From assembly GCA_951406725.2 (NCBI GenBank), contig OX597815.1:160828001-160892000 (forward strand): 64,000 nucleotides of DNA, given 5' to 3'. Positions 36,621 through 48,830 of this stretch are shown here, piece by piece (position 1 is the stretch's first letter; each line of letters starts with the position of its first letter). Under the pieces are notes generated by a model that saw only the letters and a list, made by a program, of their open reading frames with translations, had not been told where the DNA came from and ran no database searches. The stretch is from Octopus vulgaris (taxonomy: Eukaryota). Made by a program: the position numbers and the translations under genes.

Positions 36621-38641
36621 TGTATATATATATATATATATATATGGATTGACCTTGTATATGCACCTATATGTACTGGCTTGAGCAAAGTATTTTTGTG
36701 GAACACAAACAGGTGGTCATAAAGAACTACTCTCTTTCCATGCCACAAATGTTGTCTTATGCAAAGGCTTTTCTAAAAAGCTACAATAGCTTGTTGCCAT
36801 TGTTACTGCAGGCATTGTCATCAAGATACAGAGAACCAATGTAGATTCTGCAAGGTATTTCACATGATGTTCTAACAGTCCCACAACCTCCTGCCCTGGC
36901 TTAGTTATTTTGAGATGAACCCCCAAAAGCTTGAAAGGCAATATTGATCTTGGCAACATTCAGAGCTTAGACAGTCAGAACAAATACTGCAAAGAAATTC
37001 TGCCCAATGTTCTGATGACCAGAGAAAAATGTTGTCTAACTCCTACTATGTTTTTCTAATTACCACATTTCCCACTGCTGTGGTTATTTTGGATGTTTGG
37101 AGAAATAAACACAAACTCACTGTTTTGATTATACATGGAAAAGTTAATAGCTGATAAAAAATCATGAAACAAATATTAATGCTGTTTCACATGAATATAC
37201 AATTAACAATATTAATCTTTGTATATTTTACTATTATTTTTATTTATCTCTATTCAAAAATTGATACATATTTATATGATTCTTTTATTATGATAACATT
37301 TGTGACAATGTTATTATATATATATTTGATATTTCCCAAACTTTCTGTATATATATATAGACAGCACCACTAATAACTGTTATCATTGTCTAATATCTAT
37401 TTACAATGATTGGATTGAAGCAAACATTAGAGTATTAGAATATTTGAATAAATACTCATTTATACACGTTTTTCTAGTAATTTCAAGCAATGTATTTCAC
37501 ATTTGTGCATATACGTATGAACACATACAAAAGCAAATACATATCATTAATTATATCTCTTATAGATTAACCATTGAAGTAGATATGTAGTAAATAAAAA
37601 TACATGCATAAAATAGTAACTACAGACATTTAGCTGTATGCATTCAGGCAGATGAAAATAATGTAGGAGAGCTTTCCTTTGAATTAGTAACCCCAAGATA
37701 ATAACATCAAACTAAAATAAATTACAAAAATCATAAAGCAACCACTTATAAATATGTCACATTGTCCCAAAGTGACTATAACGGTTAAGTTAGTTTACTA
37801 TCAGTAAAATGTAATCCCCTGTTAAATGTCCATTTCAAGCAGAAGTTATTGGCTTTTCTGTTTCATACCATTCCCAATCTCTCATATTCTTTAATACCAT
37901 GATGTCACAAGAGGATAGTAATTTTATGCTATTTTAATGCATATTTCAATTTTAACAAGCTAATTTTGTAGCTTTAAGTATCTTTTGCATGGGAAAGCAA
38001 TTATAGTTAGTTAAGCTCTTTGAAGTTAATATTACTTGATGTAGTCTTGTCACAAAGGAGGAACGAATAAAGAGAAAAAAAGGAAATGAGGAATGCATAA
38101 ATTTTTAAATGATTTTTGTCATATCATTTTCAACAGGTATCAGACTGAAATATATCGATGTCATTAGACAAATGTTAAAAACAAGATAATAATAACATCT
38201 TAAAAATTTAATAATGCAACTACTCTAATTTATTATCTCATGTACAAGAAAATAATTAATAAAAAATATTGCATAACTGGAATTTGTACCGGAGACATTC
38301 AGATTTAACTATAAAAATAACAAGCCATTGAGGGAGCATATACATAGTTATTCAACTGACTAGAAATAGCGACCAAATATTACTGACATCACAATGTACT
38401 GTCTCAAAAAAGGATGCCAATGCATTGGTTAATGTGATGTGAAGTGTCTGTGATCTCAGTTGGAATGCTTTTGATAATGTTTTTTTTTGGTCAGAGTTGG
38501 TGGGACGTCAACAAGATCAATTATTTAAATAACTTTATATTATAATAATTGACTCTATAGTAGAGTATGGCATGAAAAATCTTGAAGACTTAACTCAGAA
38601 TTTGTCAGTTTAACATATTTATAATAAATCTTGTTTGATAA

Positions 38642-38884
38642 TTTCGTTTTTGGATTTGGTTTGCAAGATTCTTTATGTGAGTTCGTGTGTTGAAGCATAT
38701 TCTGTTGTATCTGGGGAGAGTCATTTTCATTTTGTGCCTTATAATTTAACACATTCACTGGTAAAAATTCCACTTATTTCTTATTTCAGGAAAATAAAAA
38801 TAAGAAATAAGTGGAAATTTTACCAGTGAGTGTGTTAGATTATAAGGCACAAAAAGAAAATGACTCTCCCCAGACACAACAGAA
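38642..38884. mobile_element. Fold-back element with 12-bp TSD
   Basis: Arms 38701-38786 / 38797-38882; tail 38642-38700; CTTGTTTGATAA at 38630-38641 and 38885-38896. Confidence 0.8.
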
Positions 38885-38959
38885 CTTGTTTGATAAAGCA
38901 TTCATTAAATAATCTACAATATAAAAACCAATGCTTGAAAGACCAAACACTCAGGCTAC

Positions 38960-39534
38960 TGAATGTTATAATACTCTATCAAATCTAATGCTTATTTATT
39001 CACAGGGTTTTGAATTAATCACATAATATCTCATAGCTTTGAAATTTCTATGATGTAGTTTAGTTTTAGAATGACATTGTAAGGTAGGTGTGACAGGTTG
39101 GATCTGGTTGGTTTGAACATAAAACAGGTAAAGTATTCAGGCTCAATATTGCTCAATATGAAATGCTATAGGGTTAAGGATAAAATATGAAAATCAGCCT
39201 TAAAAGATATTTATTTACAGTTTTGAAAAAGAGTTCATTTGAGAAATGTTTAACGTTTACTTTTTTGCATTTTGCTTTATCAGAATAATTATAAAAAAAA
39301 AATTGTAGCTTTAACTTTTTAGCATTTAAACTAGCCATATCCAGCCCAAATATTCAACCTGTTATATATTGAAAACAGCTAAATCTAGCCTCTCACACCT
39401 ATCCTACAATGTAATTCTAAAAATAAACAGTCGTATCATCAAAATCTTGGTGATACAAGATAATGCCTGATTAATTCAAAGAAATGTGACTAAATAAGCT
39501 CTATATGTGACAGAGAAATCTAAATGTGATTGGG
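38960..39534. mobile_element. Two inverted piggyBac-type MITE family 1 copies (about 38960-39173 +, 39315-39534 -)
   Basis: GGG|TTAA ends; mutual reverse-complement homology. Confidence 0.7.
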
Positions 39535-41462
39535 TTAAGGTAGTTTATTTGAGAACTGTATTTGCTGTTTTTATTATGCTACATCAGAATTGCTATTTTA
39601 GGGTAAAAATAAGAAGTAAAATGGTCTTGAAAAAATTTATTTACAGCTTGAAAATGGGTTTTATTGAGAAACATATACCATTTACTTTTTTTTTCTTATC
39701 ACACTATCACAAAATAACAAAGCATGCAAGATATAAGTGTATTTGCTTACAAAAGTAATAAAGATGTATTTTAGGGAATAAAGACATACATAAAAACTTA
39801 AAATAGTTTCTTTACCAAATACAGTGTTTCTTAAATTCTCACATTATTTTTCCATTTCTGTCAACACAAACATAAACATTCCAAACAAAGAGTTGAAAAT
39901 TGGATAGTCATGCTTACCTCCCTTTTTTTGCCTTAACCCTTTTGCTTCACAAGACCAGCATGTAAAATCCAACCTTTCAATCCCTTGATTATTTAAGTTT
40001 ATACTAAAAAAAAAAAGAAGGAAACTATTCAATAATAAGAGAATTTAAAGAACGGAAGTATTCAATAAGCTATTTCACTTTTTTGCACATGTCTTCAATA
40101 TCATATCTCTGCAATACATTATTATCATTCTTTCTATTTACTTTACTGATTTGTCTGTGTCACATCCCAGCTCCATCTCGCAGCTTAGAGGTGCAACACT
40201 TTCTTCAACACATGAGTTGTTCTAAGTATTGCTGCCATCTGAATACTTCCTAAGAAATATTCACATGGCCAACTTTCCCCTATGAAAAATGCTCCCAGCA
40301 CTTCTATACCACCCTTTTCCTGAATAGCCACCTCAGGCACCAGCACCCTGCACACTCGTCAGGATGAAGAGGTTCAATCACTCATTACAGATTAGCTACT
40401 CAGATATGAGTTAATGCCATCCCTGCTGATGACTGGACTCAGACAAATGTTACTACTCTCAGTCAGTGTAGGCCTGGAAACAATAGTAGCTAAGGAGTGG
40501 TTCCACACTTCTCAAAACCATGGAATTCCTGAACCAGGGTCTCACAGCCAGAGGCAGTTTAAAATCATACCCAGCACACAAATACTAAATAATCTATGAA
40601 AATTACACTAATGTATAGCAACTGTTTTAAAACCACTGCCAAAATACATCTAACATGCCTCTGATATTCAAAAGTTAATTAAAAGACAAGTAGAATGTTA
40701 TATAATAATCAACATTATTATCTATAATATTATTTCTGTTATTTTGTAAAGAAATGGTTTCTAATTATTTGCTCTTATTATTCCTCATTGATTGGTGAAT
40801 TTCCCTTCTCGCTTTAACTTCCAAAGCATATTAGCTCACAGTTCAAGCTATTGATTTTGTAACCCCACTTAAATCATTATATTCTATTTATCAATTTATT
40901 TGCCATTGACAAATTAATCTTTCCCTCTAACCCCTTTATTTATCTCTCTCTGCTATTTTATTTCCTTCTTTCTCTCTCTCTCATTCTCTCTCTGTTCCCC
41001 CCTCTCTCTCTCTCTTTCTTTTCATCTCTTTCTAGAACTAACACTTTGACATTGTATTGTTGCAGTTAAAATATTAATGAATCAAACATAATGAAATCAT
41101 CATTATTACACTGAAAATATAAAAATCATCTTCTCTCCATGCTTCTCTATATGGACATCATCATTCTCATTATCATCATCATAGCAATCATTATGACTAT
41201 TATTGTTATCATAGCTTTTGAGTTTGTTTGTTTTTTTACCTTTTTCAACTATTCTCATCCTTTAATTCATTCTTATCTGTTTCCTCATCAGCAGGGTGAT
41301 GACATTAAATTAGGGGAGTATCCCTCACCACCTCCACTACCACCATCGTCATCATCATCATTATCACCATCGTCATCATCAATAAGTCCCCAGATCTTTA
41401 CTGGCATTAATATCAATATTAAGTATTAATTATGCAAGTAAGACTTGGTAAGGAAATGCAAA

Positions 41463-41465
<3 letters not shown>

Positions 41466-41508
<43 letters not shown>

Positions 41509-41770
41509 ATATATATATATATGTACATGTATATATATATATGTACATGTATATATATATATGTACATGTATATATATATATATATATGTACATGTATAT
41601 ATATATATGTACATGTATATATATATATGTACATGTATATATATATATGTACATGTATATATATATATGTACATGTATATATATATGTACATGAATATAT
41701 ATATATGTACATGTATATATATATATGTACATGTATATATATATGTACATGTATATATATATGTATATAT
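41466..41770. repeat. ~20-bp minisatellite (ATGTACATGTATATATATAT)n
   Basis: Almost pure purine-pyrimidine alternation, about a dozen units. Confidence 0.95.
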
Positions 41771-41777
41771 TATCATC

Positions 41778-41816
<39 letters not shown>

Positions 41817-41984
41817 ATTGTATATGTAATTGTATATATTTCCTTCCTTGTTCTTATCAACATGGAGGAACAAAATTGCTTTTAAACACTGCAGCAAAAA
41901 TATTTTTTATTTGTTTTATTGGTAGTCTAGTCTAGGTAACATTTTGAAATCTTATCTTATATTTATTTATTTTTATTTTTGTAG

Positions 41985-42092
41985 GACTGCATTCATCATT
42001 GGATGTTTTTTAAATTGATGACAAGATTCACATACCAATATGTTTCATATATTCTCCTTCCTCCTTCAACTGATGTGATCTAATAACATTAG
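41985..42092 (+). other. Candidate 108-nt non-coding exon (copy 1)
   Basis: Long T-rich tract + TGTAG| acceptor, AG|GTAAGT consensus donor; stops in all three frames. Confidence 0.4.
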
Positions 42093-42332
42093 GTAAGTAC
42101 TGCACTTACTTCTGATAGACACTGGGGGATTTTGTATTTTTGTTGTTGTTGTTGTTTCGCTTTATATATCATCTTTGATATTTCAGGCCTTAAAACTTAT
42201 ATCTAGAAATATTGAAACCTCCCAGCACCAACTATATATGTACATGTATATATATATGTACATGTATATATATATATATGTACATGTATATATATATGTA
42301 CATGTATATATATATATGTATATATTATCATC

Positions 42333-42364
<32 letters not shown>

Positions 42365-42536
42365 ATAATTGTATATGTAATTGTATATATTTCCTTCCTT
42401 GTTCTTATCAACATGGAGGAACAAAATTGCTTTTAAACACTGCAGCAAAAATATTTTTTATTTGTTTTATTGGTAGTCTAGTCTAGGTAACATTTTTGAA
42501 ATCTTATCTTATATTTATTTATTTTTATTTTTGTAG

Positions 42537-42644
42537 GACTGCATTCATCATTGGATGTTTTTTAAATTGATGACAAGATTCACATACCAATATGTTTCAT
42601 ATATTCTCCTTCCTCCTTCAACTGATGTGATCTAATACCATTAG
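42537..42644 (+). other. Candidate 108-nt non-coding exon (copy 2)
   Basis: Duplicate of 41985-42092 with both splice sites preserved. Confidence 0.4.
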
Positions 42645-42978
42645 GTAAGTACTGCACTTACTTCTGATAGACACTGGGGGATTTTGTATTTTTGTTGTTG
42701 TTGTTGTTTCGCTTTATACATCATCTTTGATATTTCAGGCCTTAAAACTTATATCTAGAAATATTGAAACCTCCCAGCACCAACTACACCATTATGAAGT
42801 GGTAGTAATAGCAGGAAGGGTAGTTGTGTTGTTGGTAAAAGAAGGTGTAGTTTTGTTGATCGATGAACTAATGGTAGTCTTTGTGGTATCATCACTATTG
42901 ATGAGGAATATAATCGACAATGTCTGCAACATCAGTCAAATATTTTCAACCCTATTCAGATCTCACTTACATATTTGA

Positions 42979-43301
42979 CCCTTTAGCATCCAGGTTACGC
43001 TGTCAAAATTAAACTCTGTCAAATTAAGCTCTGTCAAATTAAACTCTTTAGCATTCAGTTTACTCTGTCAAATTTAACCCTTTAACATTGAGATTACTGT
43101 GTCAAATGTAATGCATATTTATAAACAATGTTTTAAATTAATCATGCAATATCTCATAGATTTGTTTGTCATTTCGAAAATAGACAATCACATTATCAAA
43201 ATCTCAATGTAAAGGAGGTGTGAGAGGTCTAGTCTGGCTACTTTGAACATAAAGCCTGTAGAATATCAGTGCCAGATATGGCCAGTTTAGATGCTAAAGG
43301 G
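42979..43301 (+). mobile_element. piggyBac-type MITE family 1 with stuttered left end
   Basis: Complete unit 43078-43301 preceded by reiterated CTTTAGCAT...CTGTCAAA blocks. Confidence 0.7.
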
Positions 43302-43502
43302 TAAAAACATCTTCTTCCATCACTGAAAAGCTAATCCCAATAAAAAAAAAAATCGTTGCTACATTGTTCAGGTTACACCAGTAAAATTGTATCATGGTTT
43401 CTGGAATTGGAGGAGATTTTCCTCCTTATAAATATTTTCATTTATTTCCTTCATTCACAATCTTGCAATCAAGACAATGCCACTTCTGTATCCTCTATTT
43501 CT

Positions 43503-43912
43503 CTCTCTTGAGAGAGGGGCACATGTCATGGGTGTTAGCTTTTTTTTCATTCTTCATTGCATAGCAACTTTGTAAACATGTTTATGAACTCTTTTCAAAG
43601 GTCTGCTGTCAGCAACAAATCAGCTACAACAATGAAATTAGTTTTCCTGTTGCATCTCATTGTACAGCTTAGCAAGGGTTTGATTAGGAGAATTCTCAAT
43701 CATTGTTATATTTCAGAAGAGTCATGTAATTAAAACCCGTAAACAGGCTCACCAGCTGTTCTTTGCTCCCAACACTTTCCACTATGCTGTTTTTCTGTGG
43801 CCCTTTCAATGAGTAGAGATTTCTAAACCCAAATTATTTGAAAGCTTTTACTATTGAAAAGACCACAGAGTGGTATTGTAAAAAATTTGGTGTAAAGAGA
43901 TAGAATATAGAA
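43503..43912 (+). repeat. Dispersed ~410-bp direct duplication, copy 1
   Basis: Highly similar to 46640-47050. Confidence 0.95.
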
Positions 43913-44133
43913 AAACAACAACCAGTTTGGTTGTGTAAAGTTTCTAATCTTATAACTCCTCCAAAACATAACAATATTGGTTGCAACATATGGTGTCTAA
44001 GAAGTTTGCTTCCTAACCACTTGGTTCCAGGTTCAATTCCACTGCATGGTGCTTTGAGGGAGTGTCTTCAGCTATAGCACCAGGTTCACTAAAGCCCTGT
44101 GAGTGGATCTGGCCAATGGGAACTGAAAGAAAC

Positions 44134-44188
<55 letters not shown>

Positions 44189-44420
44189 AAAAGGGTTTTG
44201 TATGATTGTGTATAGCAGGATATATATCATTCAAAGAAATTCCAACTCTGTCTGTTTTCTATGTTTCTATGTTTTCTATGTTTATATTCTTTATAATATT
44301 AATATAAAATATATAGTATAAATAATATATATATAGTAAAATGAAATGAAGTATTGATTGTCTTATTGAATAGATGAAATATTGAATATAAAATATTAGG
44401 GGACTAGTATACTTTCTTGC

Positions 44421-44453
<33 letters not shown>

Positions 44454-44614
44454 CCAATTAAGGACTGAACACGAAAAAGTTGACAGTCAACATGCTAGAT
44501 ATAGACATCAAATCGCCACTCTCCACAAAAGATTATATATATATATATAAAAATTAACAGAATGAGATTAAAAAATCCAAGGCTGTAAATAGTTTTTAGA
44601 ACATTTATAAAGAG

Positions 44615-44662
44615 GTCTCACTGCTGTTTCCGGGATATTTTATATATCCTTTCATCTGAGAC
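44615..44662 (-). ncRNA. Decayed minimal hammerhead (left arm)
   Basis: GTCT-CAGATGA-A-AGGATAT(ATAAA)ATATCCC-G-GAA-ACAGCAGT-G-AGAC; U4>A and G17 are likely inactivating. Confidence 0.55.
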
Positions 44663-44896
44663 AGTGCAGGAAAATGGTTAAGTAATAGTCATTATAGAGA
44701 AGATATGAAATACAGAGTAAAGTGGAGGAATGAAAACAGAAATGAGGAAACTTATATATACACACCATTCTGCTTAAATAATGGAACTGCAAATATGTGA
44801 ATCCTTATGTAAATCACGTCTATTTTCATTCCTCCACTTCACTCTGTATTTTATATTTTCATTATAATAACTATCACTTAAACATTTTCCTGCATC

Positions 44897-44944
44897 GTCT
44901 CTGATGAAGGGATATATAAAATATCCCGGAAACAGCTGAAAGAC
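44897..44944 (+). ncRNA. Minimal type I hammerhead (right arm), U16.1 mutated
   Basis: GTCT-CTGATGA-A-GGGATAT(ATAAA)ATATCCC-G-GAA-ACAGCTGA-A-AGAC. Confidence 0.65.
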
Positions 44945-45464
44945 ATTCATTCTCTTTATAAATGTTCTGAAAACTATTCACAGCCTTGGATTTTTAATTT
45001 CATTCTGTTAATTTTTATATATATATACATGCTAATACACGACCTACATTGGACTCCTCATTCATATCACTATCGAACCTGGAGCTTAACTATAGTCTGT
45101 CCATAACACTTACTCTTCTTGACACCAATACCTCTCATGTCCTATATATATATATATATATATATAAGAATATATGAATCTATGAGTGTGTGCATGTGTT
45201 TTTTGTCCACTACTGCCTGCCTAACAACTGGTATTGGTTTGTATATGTCCCTATAACTTTGCTGTTCAGCAAAAGCGACCAATAGAATAAGTACCAGGCT
45301 GAAAAAAGTAATTGGTACTGGGGTCAATTTGCTTGACTAAATACTTGAAGGTGGTTTGGCATGGTCACAGTCTAATGAGTGAAGCAAGTTGAAGATGAAA
45401 GACGACTAGATTCAAAATATTCTAAATCACATATACCAAATATTCAGTAATCCTAGTTGGACTG

Positions 45465-45960
45465 TAACCACACACATGCATGCAAACATTCAAACATGCA
45501 CTCACTTACACACACACACACATGCTCAGATGCACATGCATTCACTCACATGCACTTGCACACACACAGACATACACATGCATGCAAACATTCAAACATG
45601 CATTCATGCACTCACACACATACACACATGCAAACATTCAAACATGCACTCATACACACACATGCACTCACACACACACATGCTCACATGCACTCACATA
45701 CACACACACACACATGCAAACATTCAAACATACACACACACATGTTCACATGCACTCACAGACACACACTCACACACACGCAAGCACTCAAACATGCACT
45801 CACATGCCTCTCACACACACATGTTCACATGCATATGCACTCACTCATACATGCACATGCTCACGCAAGCATTCAAACACACATTCACACACATTCCCAC
45901 ATGCACTCATTCACATCCATTAACATACACATGTGCATCTGTGCACACACACATGCACTA
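45465..45960. repeat. Cryptic (CA/CATG)n tract with recurring GCAAACATTCAAACATG
   Basis: Direct inspection. Confidence 0.9.
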
Positions 45961-46337
45961 AATAAGATAACCATGTACAAGTCACAGTTGGCTTGGCTGA
46001 GTTGATAAGACCACATTTTATCCCCATTTCTGCATTATATCATCATCATTCTGTGTTTTAAATCTGGATTTTGTCCCCATTAACAATAATAGCTGGAACT
46101 ACCTCAATGTCATAGCAACTGAAGCAGACAGGTGCAGCCCACCCCAACATTTGGGCTGGCTGATGCCTATTCTCCCTTTGCTATCATGAGGCTTTAAACC
46201 TCTCGGCCCTTCTGGTGATCTCTGAATCTTGCAGAACTATATCTTATTACTATATCATTCCGTTGTGGGGCAGGTGCAAGTGAACCACTCATCTCCAGGT
46301 TCAGGCTAATATAATTATCTAAATATTATCTAAAAAT

Positions 46338-46620
46338 GGGTGCAGGTGTGGCTGTGAGGTAAGAAGTTTACTGCCTAACCACATGGCTCTGTGTGGCACC
46401 ATGTGCAAATTTCTTCTCCTGTAGCCTTGGGCCAATCAAAACCTTGTGAGTGGATTTAGTAGATGAAACTGAAAAACTGAAAGAAGTCTGTCATGTATGT
46501 GTGTGTGTGTGTGTCTTTGTGTGTGTACCTTTGTGTGTATCTTTGTGCTCCACTACCTCTTGATAACTAGTGTTGGTGTGTTTACATCTCTGTAACCTAG
46601 TAATTCAGCAATAGAGACTG
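46338..46620 (+). mobile_element. SINE family A
   Basis: GGTGCAGGTGTGGCTGTGAGGTAAGAAG head. Confidence 0.75.
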
Positions 46621-46639
46621 ATATAAAATTCTTCATTAC

Positions 46640-47050
46640 TCTCTCATGAGAGAGGGGTACATGCCACAAGTGTTAGCTTCTTTCCATTCTTCATTGCATA
46701 GCAACTTTGTAAACATGTTTATGAACTCTTTTCAAAGGTCTGCTGTCAGCAACAAATCAGCTACAACAATAAAATTAGTTTTCCTGTTGCATCTCATTGT
46801 ACAGCTTAGCAAGGGTTTGATTAGGAGAATTCTAAATCATTGTTATATTTCAGAAGAGTCATGTAATTAAAACCTGTAAACAGGCTCACCAGCTGTTCTT
46901 TGCTCCCAACACTTTCCACTTTGCTGTTTTTCTGTGGCCCTTTCAATGAGTAGAGATTTCTAAACCCAAATTATTTGAAAGCTTTTACTATTGAAAAGAC
47001 CACAGAGAGGTATTGTAAAAAATTTGGTGTAAAGAGATAGAATATAGAAA
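46640..47050 (+). repeat. Dispersed ~410-bp direct duplication, copy 2
   Basis: Highly similar to 43503-43912; lies between two halves of a SINE A. Confidence 0.95.
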
Positions 47051-47295
47051 AAATACTTTTGTAAAGTACTTTACAAAACATAATAAGTACTGAAGTTGAT
47101 TCATTTGATTAAAATGATTTGAGGTGGTGCCCCCAGCATGGCCACAGTCTAATGACTGAAACAAGTACAAGATAAGAGATAAAAGATTTTTTTAAAAAAT
47201 TTCTTTTCAAATTAAACAACTAATACATAGTGGAGGCATCTTAATAAACGAAACCATCCATGGTTGAAATTCTGGTTCTGCCCATGTCCTTGTGT

Positions 47296-47597
47296 GTGGA
47301 GGCACATTGCCTAGTGGTTAGAGCAGTGGACTCACAGTCGAGGGATCGCGGGTTCGAATCTCAGACTGGGCGATGTGTGTGTTTGTGAGCGAAACATCTA
47401 AGCTCCATGCAGTTTCGGTAGAAGGTAATGGCGAACTTCTGCTGACTCTTTCGCCACAACTTTCTCTCACTCTTTCCTCCCGCATCTTGCAGCTCACCTA
47501 TGACGGACTGGGTGTCCTGTCCAGGTGGGGAACCTATACGCCAAGGTAACTGGGAAACCAGCCTTTATGAGCCAGGCATGGCTCGAGAAGGAAGGAA
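47296..47597 (+). mobile_element. SINE family C with 13-bp TSD
   Basis: CATGTCCTTGTGT at 47283-47295 and 47598-47610. Confidence 0.9.
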
Positions 47598-48114
47598 CAT
47601 GTCCTTGTGTAGGTTATATGACGACAACACTGGATTCAAATCTTACTGTACATGCAGCTTAGTGTGACTCTTTTCCCCAACAAAATAAATTTCTCATTAA
47701 TTGATGAATTTAACAGAGAAAATATTACAAGCATTTGTCACATTTATTATGAAATTCCCAGCCTTCCATTCAACATCCTTTTGATACTTTTTCAAAAATG
47801 AACCAACTTGAAATGGCCTAAGTCACTCCTCTCATGATACACCAGCTCATATTTCAGAAACGTTGTTATCTTTATTTCATAGACACAGACCTTCATTAAT
47901 CCCCTTACTTTAACTTTATCATACTTATGACACTGAACTGATTGACTGATAATGAATGTAGTGTAGCTGTAAGGACAAGCTTTATTCTATTTGGTCTTCT
48001 GTGTGTTTTATATATCTATATAATTGGTTGTTGGCCATTTTTGAAAAGTGAGAATTTATTAGCCCTTTAATTGAATTAAATTAGATTCCATGGTTATTCC
48101 TGTAATGATGCTAA

Positions 48115-48830
48115 ATCACTATATATAAAACAGAATTTGTGTGTGTGTGGTGTATGTTCCTTATAGATTTGAAAACTGAGCAGCTAATTTTGAAGTATGA
48201 GGTATCAAAAGACTCAGTAATCTTTCAGCTACCAAATGAAGTATATTTTTTGCACAACAACTCTTTTTTATTACAAAAATAAGCTCACAAACGAGGTGTG
48301 GTTGCACAATTTTGAGTTCATTTTGGGACAATATTTGGATTTGCTTCTAATCTACGTTGCCATGTTTTTAGTGTCAAAAATGGCAATATACTAGGAGTGT
48401 TATGAGTGCATTTGTGATGGACAAAACTCTATTTTTTTCAATGGAAAATGACCAAAACACATGCTTTTCTGGAACAATTATTGACACATTTTTCATTAAT
48501 AGTGGCCTTTATGCCACAACTAAACTCCCAATGTGAAGGTCTTCAGTATTCCATGATAAACAATGTCTTTGAAATATTATGATACCATTTCTTTGCACAA
48601 AGACCTATTTTTCAACAGAAAATTAACTAATGAACTATGTTCTGGCATAATTGTGATCGCTTCTGGCATTTCTACCAAAAGCTATGTGTCCATGTAAATT
48701 TTCTTGGTAGCAAACGACTCAGGAATGCCAAAGGAGCATTTACAGGTTTAAATTCAATAAAATTTCCCCAAGGATTATGCACAGTAAGAGCCTATATTCA
48801 TACAAGTGTGGTAAAGATGTGACGCAATGA
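48115..48830 (+). mobile_element. Possible non-autonomous Helitron 5' portion
   Basis: A|TCACTATATATAAAA followed by (TG)n, as in insect and mollusc Helitron-like repeats; no 3' CTAG found, extent uncertain. Confidence 0.3.

Larger units (their letters stand above)
41690..42786. repeat. Near-identical ~552-bp tandem duplication
   Basis: Copies end in CCCAGCACCAACTA at 42234 and 42786; only a few differences. Confidence 0.95.
44547..45142. mobile_element. Long fold-back Penelope-like derivative with two hammerhead motifs, in (TA)n
   Basis: ~190-bp arms (44547-44738 / 44818-45018), ~80-bp spacer, tail 45028-45142. Confidence 0.85.

Noticed and set aside
40427-40450. CTGATGA-CTG(GACT)CAG motif
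   Set aside because: Followed by ACAAA rather than GAAA; no helix I or III.
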